Source: Candidatus Ozemobacteraceae bacterium
GTDB lineage: Bacteria > Muiribacteriota > Ozemobacteria > Ozemobacterales > Ozemobacteraceae
Assembly: GCA_965140445.1 (NCBI GenBank)
Contig: OZ223236.1
Coordinates: forward strand, 3,296,001-3,360,000
DNA: 64,000 nucleotides
Direction of reading: 5' to 3'
Below are positions 31,355 to 41,986 of this stretch, in pieces; within the stretch, counting starts at the first letter, position 1, and every line of letters starts with the position of its first letter. Under the pieces are notes generated by a model. That model did not search any database and was not told the DNA's origin. It was given only the letters and a program-made list of their open reading frames with translations. Position numbers and translations under genes: made by a program.

Positions 31355-31777
31355 ATGAATAAAGCGGTTAAAATTTTAGGAATAATTCTCGCTCTGGTGA
31401 TTCTGTTGGTAATTTTTACTCCAACTCGTAGCGATGTGCGCTCAAATAAAATTGCTGAGGCTTGCTACAGCATGCAAAATCTATTAGAAACTGTAATTGA
31501 GGAGCATAATCAAAAGCACCCAGAAAATCAAATCAAAGAATTTGAAGGAAAGAAAACAATAGATCTGCTGAACAAAGAAGGTTACTTAAAAGGCCCGCTG
31601 GTTTGCCATAAAATCATAAGAGACAGACTTGGAAGTTCTTTTCTGGAATATTGGTATTCTCTTTTTTCACCGCGCACAAAGATAATGAAAGATCAATATA
31701 GACACGAAAGTTTTGCTTCTGAAACAGGAAAAATTAATGTTATCTGCATCGAACATGGAGATCAGCCCAAAAAGTAG
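31355..31777 (+). CDS. pilin/pseudopilin-like small exported protein
   Basis: N-terminal TM followed by ACYSMQ...LNKEGYLK..C...ICIEHG. Confidence 0.55.
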   Translation: MNKAVKILGIILALVILLVIFTPTRSDVRSNKIAEACYSMQNLLETVIEEHNQKHPENQIKEFEGKKTIDLLNKEGYLKGPLVCHKIIRDRLGSSFLEYWYSLFSPRTKIMKDQYRHESFASETGKINVICIEHGDQPKK

Positions 31778-31929
31778 CTTTTAAGTTCTTTTTCCGTGAA
31801 ATACACGTAAATATCCGACTTTGAACTAGTACAAGAAAACCTAAGGCTATGTACCTTTTTTCCAGAATTTCCGTAGAATTAGAAGATAGAAAAAAATAAA
31901 ACCCTAAAAAACTCTTAAGGAGTAGGACT

Positions 31930-33870
31930 TTGAAATTTTTTAAAACCGAAAGTATAACCTTAATACTGGTTATTATTGTTTTTGGCTTGAATCCTTCTTT
32001 TGCTGAATTTAAGGGAGCAGAACGACATTTTCCCAAGCCTTTTCAAGGTCTTGGCGCTACCTCTGAAATAGTTCCTGGGGGATATAAGCCTGACGAAGGC
32101 GTTGAAACATATGATGGCATAAGCTATCTCCTTTTTTACAAAGACGATATTTTACCAACCCGCTTTGTAACTTCTCTTACTTCCAATAAAAATGGAGATA
32201 TTTTTGTTGGAACAAAAGACATTGGTGTTTTCAAATTTTCTGTCAATAGCTCTAAGAGGCAGTGGTTTAAGGATTTTGGTGTTTCTGATAAAAAGATTGC
32301 CATTCATGACATGGTTTATGACGAAAAGAATCAGGATCTGTATGTTGCAACCACTGCTGGAGTTTTCCGAATTAATGATCAGCCAGAATTCTATGACGCC
32401 AACTGTAAATTAATGAAGAATTTTCCAGAGGCATTAACTTTGGCCCTGGCACTTGATTCTAGCAATGGTTTATGGGTTGGAACATCTACAGGACTTTACG
32501 ATCCATCTGGAACCTTTTTTTCATCTAAAGACGGACTACCTTCAAACCTGGTTCAGTCACTTAAAGTTGATTCAACTGGGAACATCTGGATCGGAACAGA
32601 TGGCGGGCTTGTTATGAAAAGTTCAAACACTTTTCACCAGATTAATTTTGGCGATACCGATAAGAGATGGATTTATGATCTTGATCAGGAAGCACCAATC
32701 GAAATGTTTATCTCTCTGGAGCGCTATGAATTTATTGCGCGAGCCATTTTTGCCGGAATTAGAAAAAATGATTCATACGGCGAACACAAAGAGCAAATTG
32801 ATGCCCAGATGAACAAGGTTATAAATGTTAATAAACCTGGGAAAAGTGATGTCATTGTAGCGGCCTCAGATGGGTTATACAGAGTTGATATAAATAGTTA
32901 CAAAGTCACAAAAATTCAGAAGGGCTGGTTTAACAACTTAGCCTTTGCTAATACCGGTCAATTTTATGCCATTAACAATGAGTTCAGAATGCAGAATTTT
33001 TCACCAACCACAAGACTTCTTGGGAAATTTGATCTGGGAAGTAGACTTATTAAAAGATTAATGGGCCGTGTAAAATTTGAAATTTCTGGCGAAGATGAAC
33101 CAGATTTTCTAGATGAAAATACTATCGAGGAAATGCAAGGTAAAGATGATGAACAACTTGCCCAAGCTCTTCTTCCATACATTCAAAATGTACCCACAAC
33201 AGCCATGCATTTTGATAAGGAAGGTAGACTTTGGATTGCCACTGATGGTGGCGGATTATATTATTTTTCTGGTCGTTTAAACACTTCAAACTTTTTCGTA
33301 AAATCAATTGCTCCAAACCCTGGCAGTGCACTTAAAAAGAAAAGATTCATGCTTCAAAGTGAAATGCTTCCAAGAGCGGAACATTCAGATCTTACAGAAG
33401 GAGAAGCCGCATGCAATGCTGCCCATGCCAAGAAGTTTGGCTACCTTCCATTAAAAGTCTGGTTTGGCAAAACCTCTCAGTTACGTAAAAGTGATTGGGA
33501 AAGAATTGGGAAATACATTGGTAATAAAATGCGAACAAATGATTGTATTACCTTCCTTCAGTTACTTCCAGTTGATCCATGGCTTTTTATTCCTTGTATT
33601 CATCTTAGCGATATACCAGATTTGCATTCTATTAATAAAAAAGGCTTTGCTGATTTATCTAAAGAAACCGTAGATGAATATGAGAATTATTCATTGCCAA
33701 TTGTGCCTGAGGATAAGATGGCCAGAGAAACATATCCATCAAATCATCCAGACACACTTGCCACTGAAGGGGCAAGACTTCTTGTTCCAGGGCTTTTACA
33801 GCCAAGAGTGCCATTAGAGTTTCAGGATTTGAATAATGGAATAAACGGCATAAATCAAATGAACAACTGA
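31930..33870 (+). CDS. secreted protein with two-component-regulator-propeller (Reg_prop)-like repeats
   Basis: Signal peptide; DSSNGLWVGT, DGLPSNLV..DSTGNIWIGTDGGL, DKEGRLWIAT. Confidence 0.75.
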   Translation: MKFFKTESITLILVIIVFGLNPSFAEFKGAERHFPKPFQGLGATSEIVPGGYKPDEGVETYDGISYLLFYKDDILPTRFVTSLTSNKNGDIFVGTKDIGVFKFSVNSSKRQWFKDFGVSDKKIAIHDMVYDEKNQDLYVATTAGVFRINDQPEFYDANCKLMKNFPEALTLALALDSSNGLWVGTSTGLYDPSGTFFSSKDGLPSNLVQSLKVDSTGNIWIGTDGGLVMKSSNTFHQINFGDTDKRWIYDLDQEAPIEMFISLERYEFIARAIFAGIRKNDSYGEHKEQIDAQMNKVINVNKPGKSDVIVAASDGLYRVDINSYKVTKIQKGWFNNLAFANTGQFYAINNEFRMQNFSPTTRLLGKFDLGSRLIKRLMGRVKFEISGEDEPDFLDENTIEEMQGKDDEQLAQALLPYIQNVPTTAMHFDKEGRLWIATDGGGLYYFSGRLNTSNFFVKSIAPNPGSALKKKRFMLQSEMLPRAEHSDLTEGEAACNAAHAKKFGYLPLKVWFGKTSQLRKSDWERIGKYIGNKMRTNDCITFLQLLPVDPWLFIPCIHLSDIPDLHSINKKGFADLSKETVDEYENYSLPIVPEDKMARETYPSNHPDTLATEGARLLVPGLLQPRVPLEFQDLNNGINGINQMNN

Positions 33871-33888
33871 TTCAGTTTAAGGACTTTT

Positions 33889-35283
33889 ATGAGTAAATTG
33901 AAAAAAACAAAAAGCGACTTAAATAAAAACGCAAAAACGATGCTTAATGAATTAGCTGAATCTGCATGTGATAAAAGAGTTTTAGATAAAATCCAAACCC
34001 TTATTAAAACTGGCAAGGATTTTGATTTATATAAAATAAATGTATTCAGAATCGCCAACCAAATTGGTGTGGATAAAACAATTGTTCTGCAAGGGTTCCT
34101 CTACGCTACAAGAATTGGTTTGTTCGACTTAAACTGGGATATTTATTGCCCTTCCTGTAGAGGCTTGCCGGAATATTACAGACATATGATGGGACTTAAA
34201 AGCAGAGGACATTGTGACATTTGTGAGCTTGACTGGGAGCTGGATTTCGAAAAACAGGTAGAAGTAACTTTTACCATAAACCCAGCCATTAGAGCGCTAG
34301 ATTACAAAGATTTCTCCGAACGGGACTTTCGTGGAAAGATGCAATTTATCAATGAAACTCAAGTCCGTGATGATCGCGAGATTACAGTTGGAGAATGTAT
34401 CTTCCCGGATAAAACTGTTGATATTGAAGCAAGTTTGTCACCTGGGAAATTCCTATATTGGGTAACTGGCCGCAATTTGCCCCCACAAAAGTTAGAAGTA
34501 AAAAAAGCAAAGTCCAAAATCCCACAAATTGTTGATGTGTTTGTTGGAAAAAACGGGAAGATCAAACCAGAAAAAATCGCAGTAGATTCCGGCAAAGTAA
34601 CTTTTAAAGTCAACTCAAAATTTCAGACAATGAATGGTTTTCTGGTTGCCCCGGATCGTCCTGTCACCAACTGGGTCTCAGCTCATTTTGTATCGATGCA
34701 ACAGGAGTTTAAAGACCTGTTTGATTCAGAATTTCTTTCTCCGGAAACCGCATTTGCCATACAAAACGTTACACTTATGTTTACTGATTTAAAAGATTCA
34801 ACCCAGATGTATGAAGAGGTTGGCGATTCAAAGGCCTTTTCTCTGGTTAAAAAGCATTTTGTGGTAATGACCAGCTCCATAAAAAAATTCAAAGGCGGAA
34901 TAGTAAAAACTATTGGTGATGCAGTGATGGCAGTATTTCCTTCAAATTCAGATGCCTTAACTGCAGCAATGGAAATCCAGAAAAAATTCCGAGCCAAAGC
35001 CATGAAAGATGAGGGATTGCAAGTTAAAATTGGAATCCATCGCGGCCCTGTTATTGCCGTAAACTCCAACAATCACCTGGATTACTTTGGCCGAACAGTA
35101 AATATGGCCGCTCGCGTTCAAGGAAAAAGCCTGGCGGGGGAGGTTCTCTTATCAGAGGAAGTCTTTAAAGAAGAAGATATTAAAAAACTAATTCAAAAAA
35201 AGAAGTGGGTTACCAATAAATTTTCTGCATCTTTAAAAGGCATAGAACCAGACCCAACTTTATATTCTATTTCTTTAGATTAG
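33889..35283 (+). CDS. class III adenylate cyclase with N-terminal CxxC..CxxC (DUF5939-like) domain
   Basis: MFTDL, VKTIGDAVM, DYFGRTVNMAAR (Lys/Asp ATP-specificity pair); CPSC..HCDIC. Confidence 0.88.
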   Translation: MSKLKKTKSDLNKNAKTMLNELAESACDKRVLDKIQTLIKTGKDFDLYKINVFRIANQIGVDKTIVLQGFLYATRIGLFDLNWDIYCPSCRGLPEYYRHMMGLKSRGHCDICELDWELDFEKQVEVTFTINPAIRALDYKDFSERDFRGKMQFINETQVRDDREITVGECIFPDKTVDIEASLSPGKFLYWVTGRNLPPQKLEVKKAKSKIPQIVDVFVGKNGKIKPEKIAVDSGKVTFKVNSKFQTMNGFLVAPDRPVTNWVSAHFVSMQQEFKDLFDSEFLSPETAFAIQNVTLMFTDLKDSTQMYEEVGDSKAFSLVKKHFVVMTSSIKKFKGGIVKTIGDAVMAVFPSNSDALTAAMEIQKKFRAKAMKDEGLQVKIGIHRGPVIAVNSNNHLDYFGRTVNMAARVQGKSLAGEVLLSEEVFKEEDIKKLIQKKKWVTNKFSASLKGIEPDPTLYSISLD

Positions 35284-35288
35284 CTACA

Positions 35289-35340
35289 CAAAAAAAACTC
35301 CCTCACTGGCGAAAAAACGCTGATGAGGGAGTTTTTTTGT
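35289..35340. terminator. bidirectional intrinsic terminator
   Basis: AAAAAAACTCCCTCA...TGAGGGAGTTTTTTT between convergent genes. Confidence 0.8.
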
Positions 35341-35345
35341 GTTTT

Positions 35346-38300
35346 TTATGGATTACTAATTGTAAAACCAGAATTGATTGTTGCGGAATTTGTGTCAGGA
35401 TTGGTTAAAACAAGATTCCATGCGCCTGTTGCTTTCCCGGTTAGATCAAAGGAGCATGTCATATTGGTAGGGTTTGGCACAGAAATGTTGGTTCCCACAA
35501 TATCTGGCTCACCACTCTTAACTAATTTAACTGTGGCGGCAACAAAGAAACCTGTGCCTGTAATGCTTACAGCCTTGTTCTCGGAAGTGTTTCCAGAATT
35601 CGGTGATATACCTGATAGGGTAGGACCAGCAGCTACAGCATCCTGAATATTAAAAACCTGTGCGTTGGAAGTTTGTCCATCAGAGTTGACAACAACAAAA
35701 TTGTAAGCTCCAGGCACCTTACCATAACAATTGAAAACCGCCGTAATTGAGGTTCCATTATTAAAGGTTACGCTTGAAGGCAATATATCAGCATAACCGC
35801 TTCTCGTCATTTTTACAGTTGCCCCGGTCACAAAGTTAATCCCGGAAATATTTACTGTGCTTGTCTCAACATTGTTTAACTCATTGGCTGGGTTAATACT
35901 ATTTAAAGCAGGAGGCAATTGATTTACTGAAAATGCTTTACTTCCAGATTGTGAATCGGGATTAGTGACAACGAGATTCCACGCACCAGGAGTTTTTCCA
36001 TTAAGGGCGAAATCACAAGTTATCGTTGTTGCATTTACAAAGCTAACATTAGTTCCGGCAACATCAGATTGCCCACTCAATGTAAGCTTAACAGTAGCTC
36101 CGTTTACAAAGTTTATCCCACTTATTGTAATAGAAGCATCTCCGTTATTAAGAGCTGAAGCTGGAGTCGTTGAAGTAATTGCCGGGGCAGGCAAGGTTAC
36201 GGCAAAACCATTGCTTAGAGTGGTGGTCTTGCTATCGGTATTCGTTACAACAAGATTCCAGTCACCCACTGTTTTTCCGCTAAGATCAAAAGAACATGTG
36301 AGGGAAGTAGAGTTAACAAGGTTTACGCTTGTTCCCGAAATATCAGCCTCACCGCTTTTTGTCAGTTTTACCGCTATTCCGCTGGCAAAATTAGCCCCTG
36401 ATACAGTAACAGAAGTTGATGTGTTATTTGGGCCTTTAACTGGTGAAACTGCAGATATTGTTGGCGCAGGGAGTTCAATTGAAAACCCACCGCTTAAATT
36501 AGCCGATTGATTATCCGAGTTTGTAACTACCAGATCCCAATTCCCTGCTGCTTTGCCATTCAGATCAAAAGAACAGGTTATTGAATTGGCACTAACAAGG
36601 TTTAGGCTACTTCCAACAATATCAGTTTCTCCAGTTTTAGTAAGCCTGGCAGTAATCCCAGAAACAAAATTAGCTCCTGCAATTGTTACTGACTTTGTTT
36701 CATTGCTCAAACCGGTGTTAGGAGAAACAGAAGTTAAAGTTGGCGCCAGTTGAGTAATTGCAAAAGCAGCAATTCCAGATTGGTTGTCTGGATTAGTAAC
36801 AGTCAGCGTCCAGTTTCCTGTAGCTTTTCCTGTTAAAGCGAACGAGCAGGTGATTGAACTTGCGTTTACTACGCTGACATTGGTAGCAGAAATATCGGTT
36901 TGTCCTGCAAGTGAAAGCTTTACCGTAGCTCCGCTTACAAAATTGATTCCTGAAATTGTGACAGAAGTATTTCCATTATTCAGAGCAGAGGAAGGAGTCA
37001 TTGAGTTTAGTGCTGGTGCCGGCAATGTAACTACAAAGCTATTTGGCAATGTAGCAGATTTGTTATCCGAATTTGTTACCACTAAATTCCAATTACCCGC
37101 TGCTTTACCAGTTAGATCAAACGAACATGTTATGGAAGTTGCACTAACAAGGCTTACGCTGGTTCCAGTAATGTCAGCTTCTCCGGTTTTTGTCAATTTA
37201 ACCGCGACTCCGCTAACAAAATTTGTTCCAGTGATAGTTACAGATTTTGTTGTGTTATTTATTCCGGTTGCTGGAGATACTGCAGAAACAGTTGGAGCGG
37301 CTAACTCAATTGTAAAACCATTATTTAAAGTTGCAGCCTGACTATCTGTATTTGTAACAATCAGGTTCCAACCTCCCGTTGCTTTGCCATTTAGATCAAA
37401 AGAACAAGTTATGGAAGTGGTTCCAGTAAGATTTATACTGCTTCCTAAGATGTCAGCTTCTCCTGTTTTTGTGAGCTTAACCGATACACCTGAAAGGAAA
37501 TTCGTTCCTGTAATTGTTACAGACTTGGTTTCGTTGTTTAAGCCAGTGTTTGGTGATATCGACATTAGAGTTGGTGCTAACTGACTGATGGTGAAAGTTC
37601 CATTGCCAGATTGATTGTTGGTGTTTGTAACTATAAGACTCCAATTTCCAGTGGCTTTTCCGCTTACATCAAAAGAGCAGGTAATTGAAGTTGCACTAAC
37701 AACGGTAACATTAGTTGCAGCGATATCAGATTGCCCGTTCAAAGTTAACTTTGCAGATGCGCCGCTGACAAAATTAGTTCCTGTAATTGTTAAAGAAACA
37801 CTTCCGTTATTGTTTGCAGAAGAAGGTGAGACCGTTGAAATTGCTGGCACAAGCACTGGTGAGGTAATTGAAAAACCATTGTTTAATGTTGCAGATTGGT
37901 CATCAGAATTGCTAACAACCAGATTCCAGTTTCCTGTGGTTTTGCCGTTCAGATCAAAAGAACAGGTAATCGAAGTTGCACTGACAACGGTTACATTAGT
38001 TGCAGCAATATCAGTTTGCCCTGTTTGAGTAAGTTTTACAAATGCGCCGCTGACAAAGTTCGTTCCTGAAATGGTAACGGATTTTGTTTCTGCATTGCTT
38101 CCTGTAGCCGGGGAAACGCTTGTTACAGTGGGAGCTGGTAGAGAAATGCTGAATGCATCATTCAGGGTTGCTGATTGGCTATCAGAATTACTTACAACCA
38201 GATTCCAGTTGCCTGTGGTTTTGCCGTTAAGATCGAAAGAACAGGTGATTGAAGTCGCACTGACAACTGTTACATTAGTTGCAGCAATGTCAGTTTGCCC

Positions 38301-41297
38301 TGCTTTTGTTAGTTTTACTGATGCGCCACTGACAAAGTTCGTTCCTGAAATGGTAACGGATTTTGTTTCTACATTGCTTCCTGTAGCCGGGGAAACGCTT
38401 GTTACAGTGGGAGCTGGTAGAGAAATGCTGAATGCATTATTCAGGATTGTGGTTTGATTATCAGAATTGGTAACGACCAGGTTCCAGTTGCCCGCAGATT
38501 TGCCATTTAAATCGAAGGTGCAGGTTATAGATTTATCGCTGACAACCGTTATAGAACTTCCCAAAACATCAGTTTGACCATCTTTAACCAATTTAACCAA
38601 TGCACCGGGCACAAAATTTGTTCCACTAATTGTTACAGATTTGCTTTCGTTGGAAAGGCCAGAGTTAGGAGAGAGAAAGGCTATTGTCGGGGCCGGAGGG
38701 ACTATTTTTATTCCATCAGTTTTGGATACTGTTTTGCCACTTGTGTTAAGAATTACCAGATTCCAGTTGCCAACAGCGGCTATATCCAAAGAAGGAAAAG
38801 AAGCTTTGATAGAGTCAGATGAGTTTACGATAACGCTATTTGCCACAATATCTTCAGAGCCAGTTCTGGTTAGCTTTGCCCATGCCCCCTGTGTGAAATT
38901 GCTACCCGAAACATTTGCATCAAAACCTGTGCCAATTACAAAAGTATTGGGTGAAATTGTTGAAACTAAGGGTGCTGTGCCAGAATTTTCAATGACATTT
39001 ATAATAATGGCAACGTCTTTTTTTACAAAAGTTGAAGAATTCTTTGGACTTAACTTAGGCCATGAAATTTTATAAATACCAGGGGAAAGGCTTATGCCAT
39101 CATTAATCTTTGCAATGATTCGTTTTTTGTTATTAGGATCAATTTCGGTAGATGAAAAAAAGCTCGGCTCTGATTCTCCATAGTTAACAAGGTTGCTTCC
39201 ATCGTGGTCTTTTCTTTGCACATTGTAATTGATGGGGAGTTGCGCCTTAGTGATAATCTGGTCAAAATCGAAAGCAATCGAACGAATTCTGTTGCCAAAA
39301 ATGGTATTAAGCTCAAAAGTGTCAGCAGGGTTATATGGATAAATAGATGGAATGTCAGCATAGCTTACATCTTTTCCATCAGCATCCAACCCTTGAGCAT
39401 TCACTACCATAATATTTTGGGAAGAATAATAATTGATTAAAACTTTCGCGATTGATTCTTCAGTTCCATTTGAAACTTTAAAAGTAAAATAATCTGGAAA
39501 ATATTTAGAGCTCTCCAGGGGCACATAGGTTACAACATTTCCGCTAATACTTTTGATTGTTCCGTATTGAGGAGGGGTTACGATTGAGTAGGTTAACTCT
39601 TTGCCACTAAAATTGGTAGCATCAAGACGTATATTAGCGGTTTTACTTATGAATGCACTAGAAGATAAAGTAAATGTTTTTCCCAGAGCAATTAACTGAA
39701 ATGGGGAAACTTTTTTTATTACACGATATTTAGAATAATACTCTTCCCAATCACCATCCGCTCCTTTTCTTTTAACCTGCGGTTCTGTTTTGAATTCAGG
39801 CTTATCAATCATGCTGATTTCAAATTCACGGGATTCAAGAATTCCGCCACTATAGAATCTTGTATATCTGTAACTGTTCTGGGCAATAAATGCTTTAAAC
39901 AATTCGAGGCCATTTACTTTGGAAATTTTTGTTTTTTCAGTTTCAATAAGCTCATCAAGAGCCTGGTTCTGGTTATTTTTTACCAAAAGGAATTCTACTT
40001 CTGGAGTCTCGCCACTGACAAATGGCCCAATATTATTTATATGAAAAGTTTTTTCTTGAGATGAGCCCAGATTGATTAGCTCAGATTTTGTGAAACTATT
40101 GCCTACAATTTTTGCTATTAGCTGGTAAGACAAAAGTTGACTGACAATCTTTCCATTTGTGCCCGTAGCTACATCCAATTCTCTGTAATCATCACTGCAG
40201 GTTGTCCTGTAATGAAAAATGGCAGTTGTTTCTGATGAATAACCTATTACTGGTAAAATTACGGCTCCATCTGGTTCAAAAGTTAGCTTAAGATCATAAT
40301 AGCCAGCAGACGTTGGAGTCCATGTAGCTGTGGCCAAAGGAATCAAAGGAGATTTTGCCAAATCAAATGCAAAATTAACTGTCTCATAGTTAAAGCGGAA
40401 AAAATCAAAGCTATCTGCAGCTGAATCTGGAAATCTGCCATAAATATCTGAAAGACTTTTTTTATAGAGTTTATCCCTATCGGAAAGCTTTTCATAAAAA
40501 ATATGGTGTTCGCTATTTGGATTAACATTTGATGCTCGTAGTGAAGACTGCGGCTGAATGGTAACGTTTGAGGTTATCAAAGAGGAGTTAGAGGTTCCTT
40601 CATTTTGAAGCTTTGTAAAGAAATTCCTTAAGTCAGAGTTAAAAATCAATTGCAGTAAAGCTGAATCTCCAAGACTTGAAAATCGAGGTTTAAGATTCAG
40701 GTTCATACTCGCAGATGAAACAGGGGCTGCAACAAAATTGCCTGGCGGGGGAACCATAAGATTGCCGGATTCTTTTTCCAGGGCGGCTATAACTGCTGGA
40801 ACCTGTTCCAGATTTTGAGAAGAGCGCAGTAAAAATTCGGGACTACAAAGATAAGGGGCCATAGCATTAACAACTCTGGTAATGTTTTCTTGAGGAATAC
40901 TCTTTGCAAAAGCGAAATAATCAAAATCACAGGCGCAGCGCTTTTTTACGGTTTCATACAGAAGAACTTTTGCGGTGCTTTCGGGGCCATAAGACGGCGT
41001 TTTACAAGCTTCATCATAAGAGACAATTGTTGAAAGCCTGTGAGCTCCAAGTTCGTTTTTTATATCAAATCGGTAAAAAGTCATAGCTGGGACTACCGAA
41101 GGCAATACCAGAGCCGCATCTTCCGACTTGGCAACAGCAAGAATCTCTTGTTTTTCCTGTTCAGAAAAGCCTAGCAGTGTTGCTGGGTCAGGCTGGGTTT
41201 GGGAGGTATCGCTACCATAGTCGCCAAAAATCTGACATCCGGCAAAGGTCAAAGTAATTGAACAAATAAGTAAGGCTAAAATAGCTCTTCTTTTCAC
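35346..41297 (-). CDS. large surface lipoprotein with 13 tandem IPT/TIG-like Ig domains
   Basis: Likely start GTG 41297 (GAGGGG RBS; GTGA overlap with the upstream stop); lipobox FAGC; Big_9-like segment (YSIVTPPQYG..DYFTFKVSNG); repeats APT..SP..G....VTISGTNF..GA.VKL...SITCSFDL..K..G.WNLVVTN.D. Confidence 0.85.
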   Translation of the reverse strand: MKRRAILALLICSITLTFAGCQIFGDYGSDTSQTQPDPATLLGFSEQEKQEILAVAKSEDAALVLPSVVPAMTFYRFDIKNELGAHRLSTIVSYDEACKTPSYGPESTAKVLLYETVKKRCACDFDYFAFAKSIPQENITRVVNAMAPYLCSPEFLLRSSQNLEQVPAVIAALEKESGNLMVPPPGNFVAAPVSSASMNLNLKPRFSSLGDSALLQLIFNSDLRNFFTKLQNEGTSNSSLITSNVTIQPQSSLRASNVNPNSEHHIFYEKLSDRDKLYKKSLSDIYGRFPDSAADSFDFFRFNYETVNFAFDLAKSPLIPLATATWTPTSAGYYDLKLTFEPDGAVILPVIGYSSETTAIFHYRTTCSDDYRELDVATGTNGKIVSQLLSYQLIAKIVGNSFTKSELINLGSSQEKTFHINNIGPFVSGETPEVEFLLVKNNQNQALDELIETEKTKISKVNGLELFKAFIAQNSYRYTRFYSGGILESREFEISMIDKPEFKTEPQVKRKGADGDWEEYYSKYRVIKKVSPFQLIALGKTFTLSSSAFISKTANIRLDATNFSGKELTYSIVTPPQYGTIKSISGNVVTYVPLESSKYFPDYFTFKVSNGTEESIAKVLINYYSSQNIMVVNAQGLDADGKDVSYADIPSIYPYNPADTFELNTIFGNRIRSIAFDFDQIITKAQLPINYNVQRKDHDGSNLVNYGESEPSFFSSTEIDPNNKKRIIAKINDGISLSPGIYKISWPKLSPKNSSTFVKKDVAIIINVIENSGTAPLVSTISPNTFVIGTGFDANVSGSNFTQGAWAKLTRTGSEDIVANSVIVNSSDSIKASFPSLDIAAVGNWNLVILNTSGKTVSKTDGIKIVPPAPTIAFLSPNSGLSNESKSVTISGTNFVPGALVKLVKDGQTDVLGSSITVVSDKSITCTFDLNGKSAGNWNLVVTNSDNQTTILNNAFSISLPAPTVTSVSPATGSNVETKSVTISGTNFVSGASVKLTKAGQTDIAATNVTVVSATSITCSFDLNGKTTGNWNLVVSNSDSQSATLNDAFSISLPAPTVTSVSPATGSNAETKSVTISGTNFVSGAFVKLTQTGQTDIAATNVTVVSATSITCSFDLNGKTTGNWNLVVSNSDDQSATLNNGFSITSPVLVPAISTVSPSSANNNGSVSLTITGTNFVSGASAKLTLNGQSDIAATNVTVVSATSITCSFDVSGKATGNWSLIVTNTNNQSGNGTFTISQLAPTLMSISPNTGLNNETKSVTITGTNFLSGVSVKLTKTGEADILGSSINLTGTTSITCSFDLNGKATGGWNLIVTNTDSQAATLNNGFTIELAAPTVSAVSPATGINNTTKSVTITGTNFVSGVAVKLTKTGEADITGTSVSLVSATSITCSFDLTGKAAGNWNLVVTNSDNKSATLPNSFVVTLPAPALNSMTPSSALNNGNTSVTISGINFVSGATVKLSLAGQTDISATNVSVVNASSITCSFALTGKATGNWTLTVTNPDNQSGIAAFAITQLAPTLTSVSPNTGLSNETKSVTIAGANFVSGITARLTKTGETDIVGSSLNLVSANSITCSFDLNGKAAGNWDLVVTNSDNQSANLSGGFSIELPAPTISAVSPVKGPNNTSTSVTVSGANFASGIAVKLTKSGEADISGTSVNLVNSTSLTCSFDLSGKTVGDWNLVVTNTDSKTTTLSNGFAVTLPAPAITSTTPASALNNGDASITISGINFVNGATVKLTLSGQSDVAGTNVSFVNATTITCDFALNGKTPGAWNLVVTNPDSQSGSKAFSVNQLPPALNSINPANELNNVETSTVNISGINFVTGATVKMTRSGYADILPSSVTFNNGTSITAVFNCYGKVPGAYNFVVVNSDGQTSNAQVFNIQDAVAAGPTLSGISPNSGNTSENKAVSITGTGFFVAATVKLVKSGEPDIVGTNISVPNPTNMTCSFDLTGKATGAWNLVLTNPDTNSATINSGFTISNP
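37890..38450 (-). repeat. near-identical 279-bp tandem duplication within the TIG array
   Basis: 38053-38166 matches 38332-38445 almost base for base; offset 279 bp = 93 codons. Confidence 0.8.
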
Positions 41298-41986
41298 GGT
41301 GAACCCCTCATGCAAAGATTTTGTTTTAAACAGTTTGGTGGCTGAACATTTTTTGAGTAGAAAGAATCCTGGATTCTCAAACATCTTCTAAGTTGCCACT
41401 TCATAGAAATGCTTTCCTGAGCAAGAATTTTTCTTATCGGTAATCCGGCTTTGCATAAAGCCTGAGCAATAAACCCATTGCAATTGTCTAACAAATGGTA
41501 GCCAGCAGTATATTCGTAATACCAAAAGGAATTTTTACGAGCTATTTTCTCGCCACGATGCTTGTGAAGGGTTTCAAGAAGACGGGCAAAACCTGCTTTT
41601 GAAAGCCAGAATGTAAAGACATTCTCCTTTGAAATACCTTCTCTTTCCCAGAATGGTTGTGCAAAAACGCCAAACTTGATTACCCCGTCAACTCTTTTTG
41701 AAAGAGCCTTAGCAGCAAGATTGTATATTTCGGTCTTCTCCGTGAAATACCACTCTTTTGCACCCATATGCCATTCTTGAAACGCTTTTAAATTATAGTC
41801 AGGGAAGTCCAGACATGTGTGAAATTCTCCAACCGTCAAATGAATTTTGTATTCTTCATTTTTTACTTTAGGAGGCCACAATTTGGGATCGGGCTGGGGA
41901 AAAGCAAGCCAGATCAGAAAAAAGCAGGCAATTATAGAAAATGAAGCAATTGCTCTTAAAACATTTTTTTTGGAAAAAATCTTCAC
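41294..41986 (-). CDS. DUF2459-like exported protein
   Basis: N-terminal TM; FHT motif; YHLLDNCN..AQAL..AGLP. Confidence 0.6.
   Translation of the reverse strand: MKIFSKKNVLRAIASFSIIACFFLIWLAFPQPDPKLWPPKVKNEEYKIHLTVGEFHTCLDFPDYNLKAFQEWHMGAKEWYFTEKTEIYNLAAKALSKRVDGVIKFGVFAQPFWEREGISKENVFTFWLSKAGFARLLETLHKHRGEKIARKNSFWYYEYTAGYHLLDNCNGFIAQALCKAGLPIRKILAQESISMKWQLRRCLRIQDSFYSKNVQPPNCLKQNLCMRGSP

Noticed and set aside
35346..38980. Repeats as a possible CRISPR array or DGR template/variable repeats
   Set aside because: Units are in-frame ~280-bp protein domains without spacers; no cas or reverse transcriptase gene in the window
35323..39075. Series of plus-strand ORFs with repeated sequence
   Set aside because: Antisense shadows of the repetitive TIG-domain gene
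41298..41384. ORF-track N-terminal extension of the TIG protein
   Set aside because: It overlaps the upstream gene; GTG 41297 has an RBS and gives a proper lipoprotein signal
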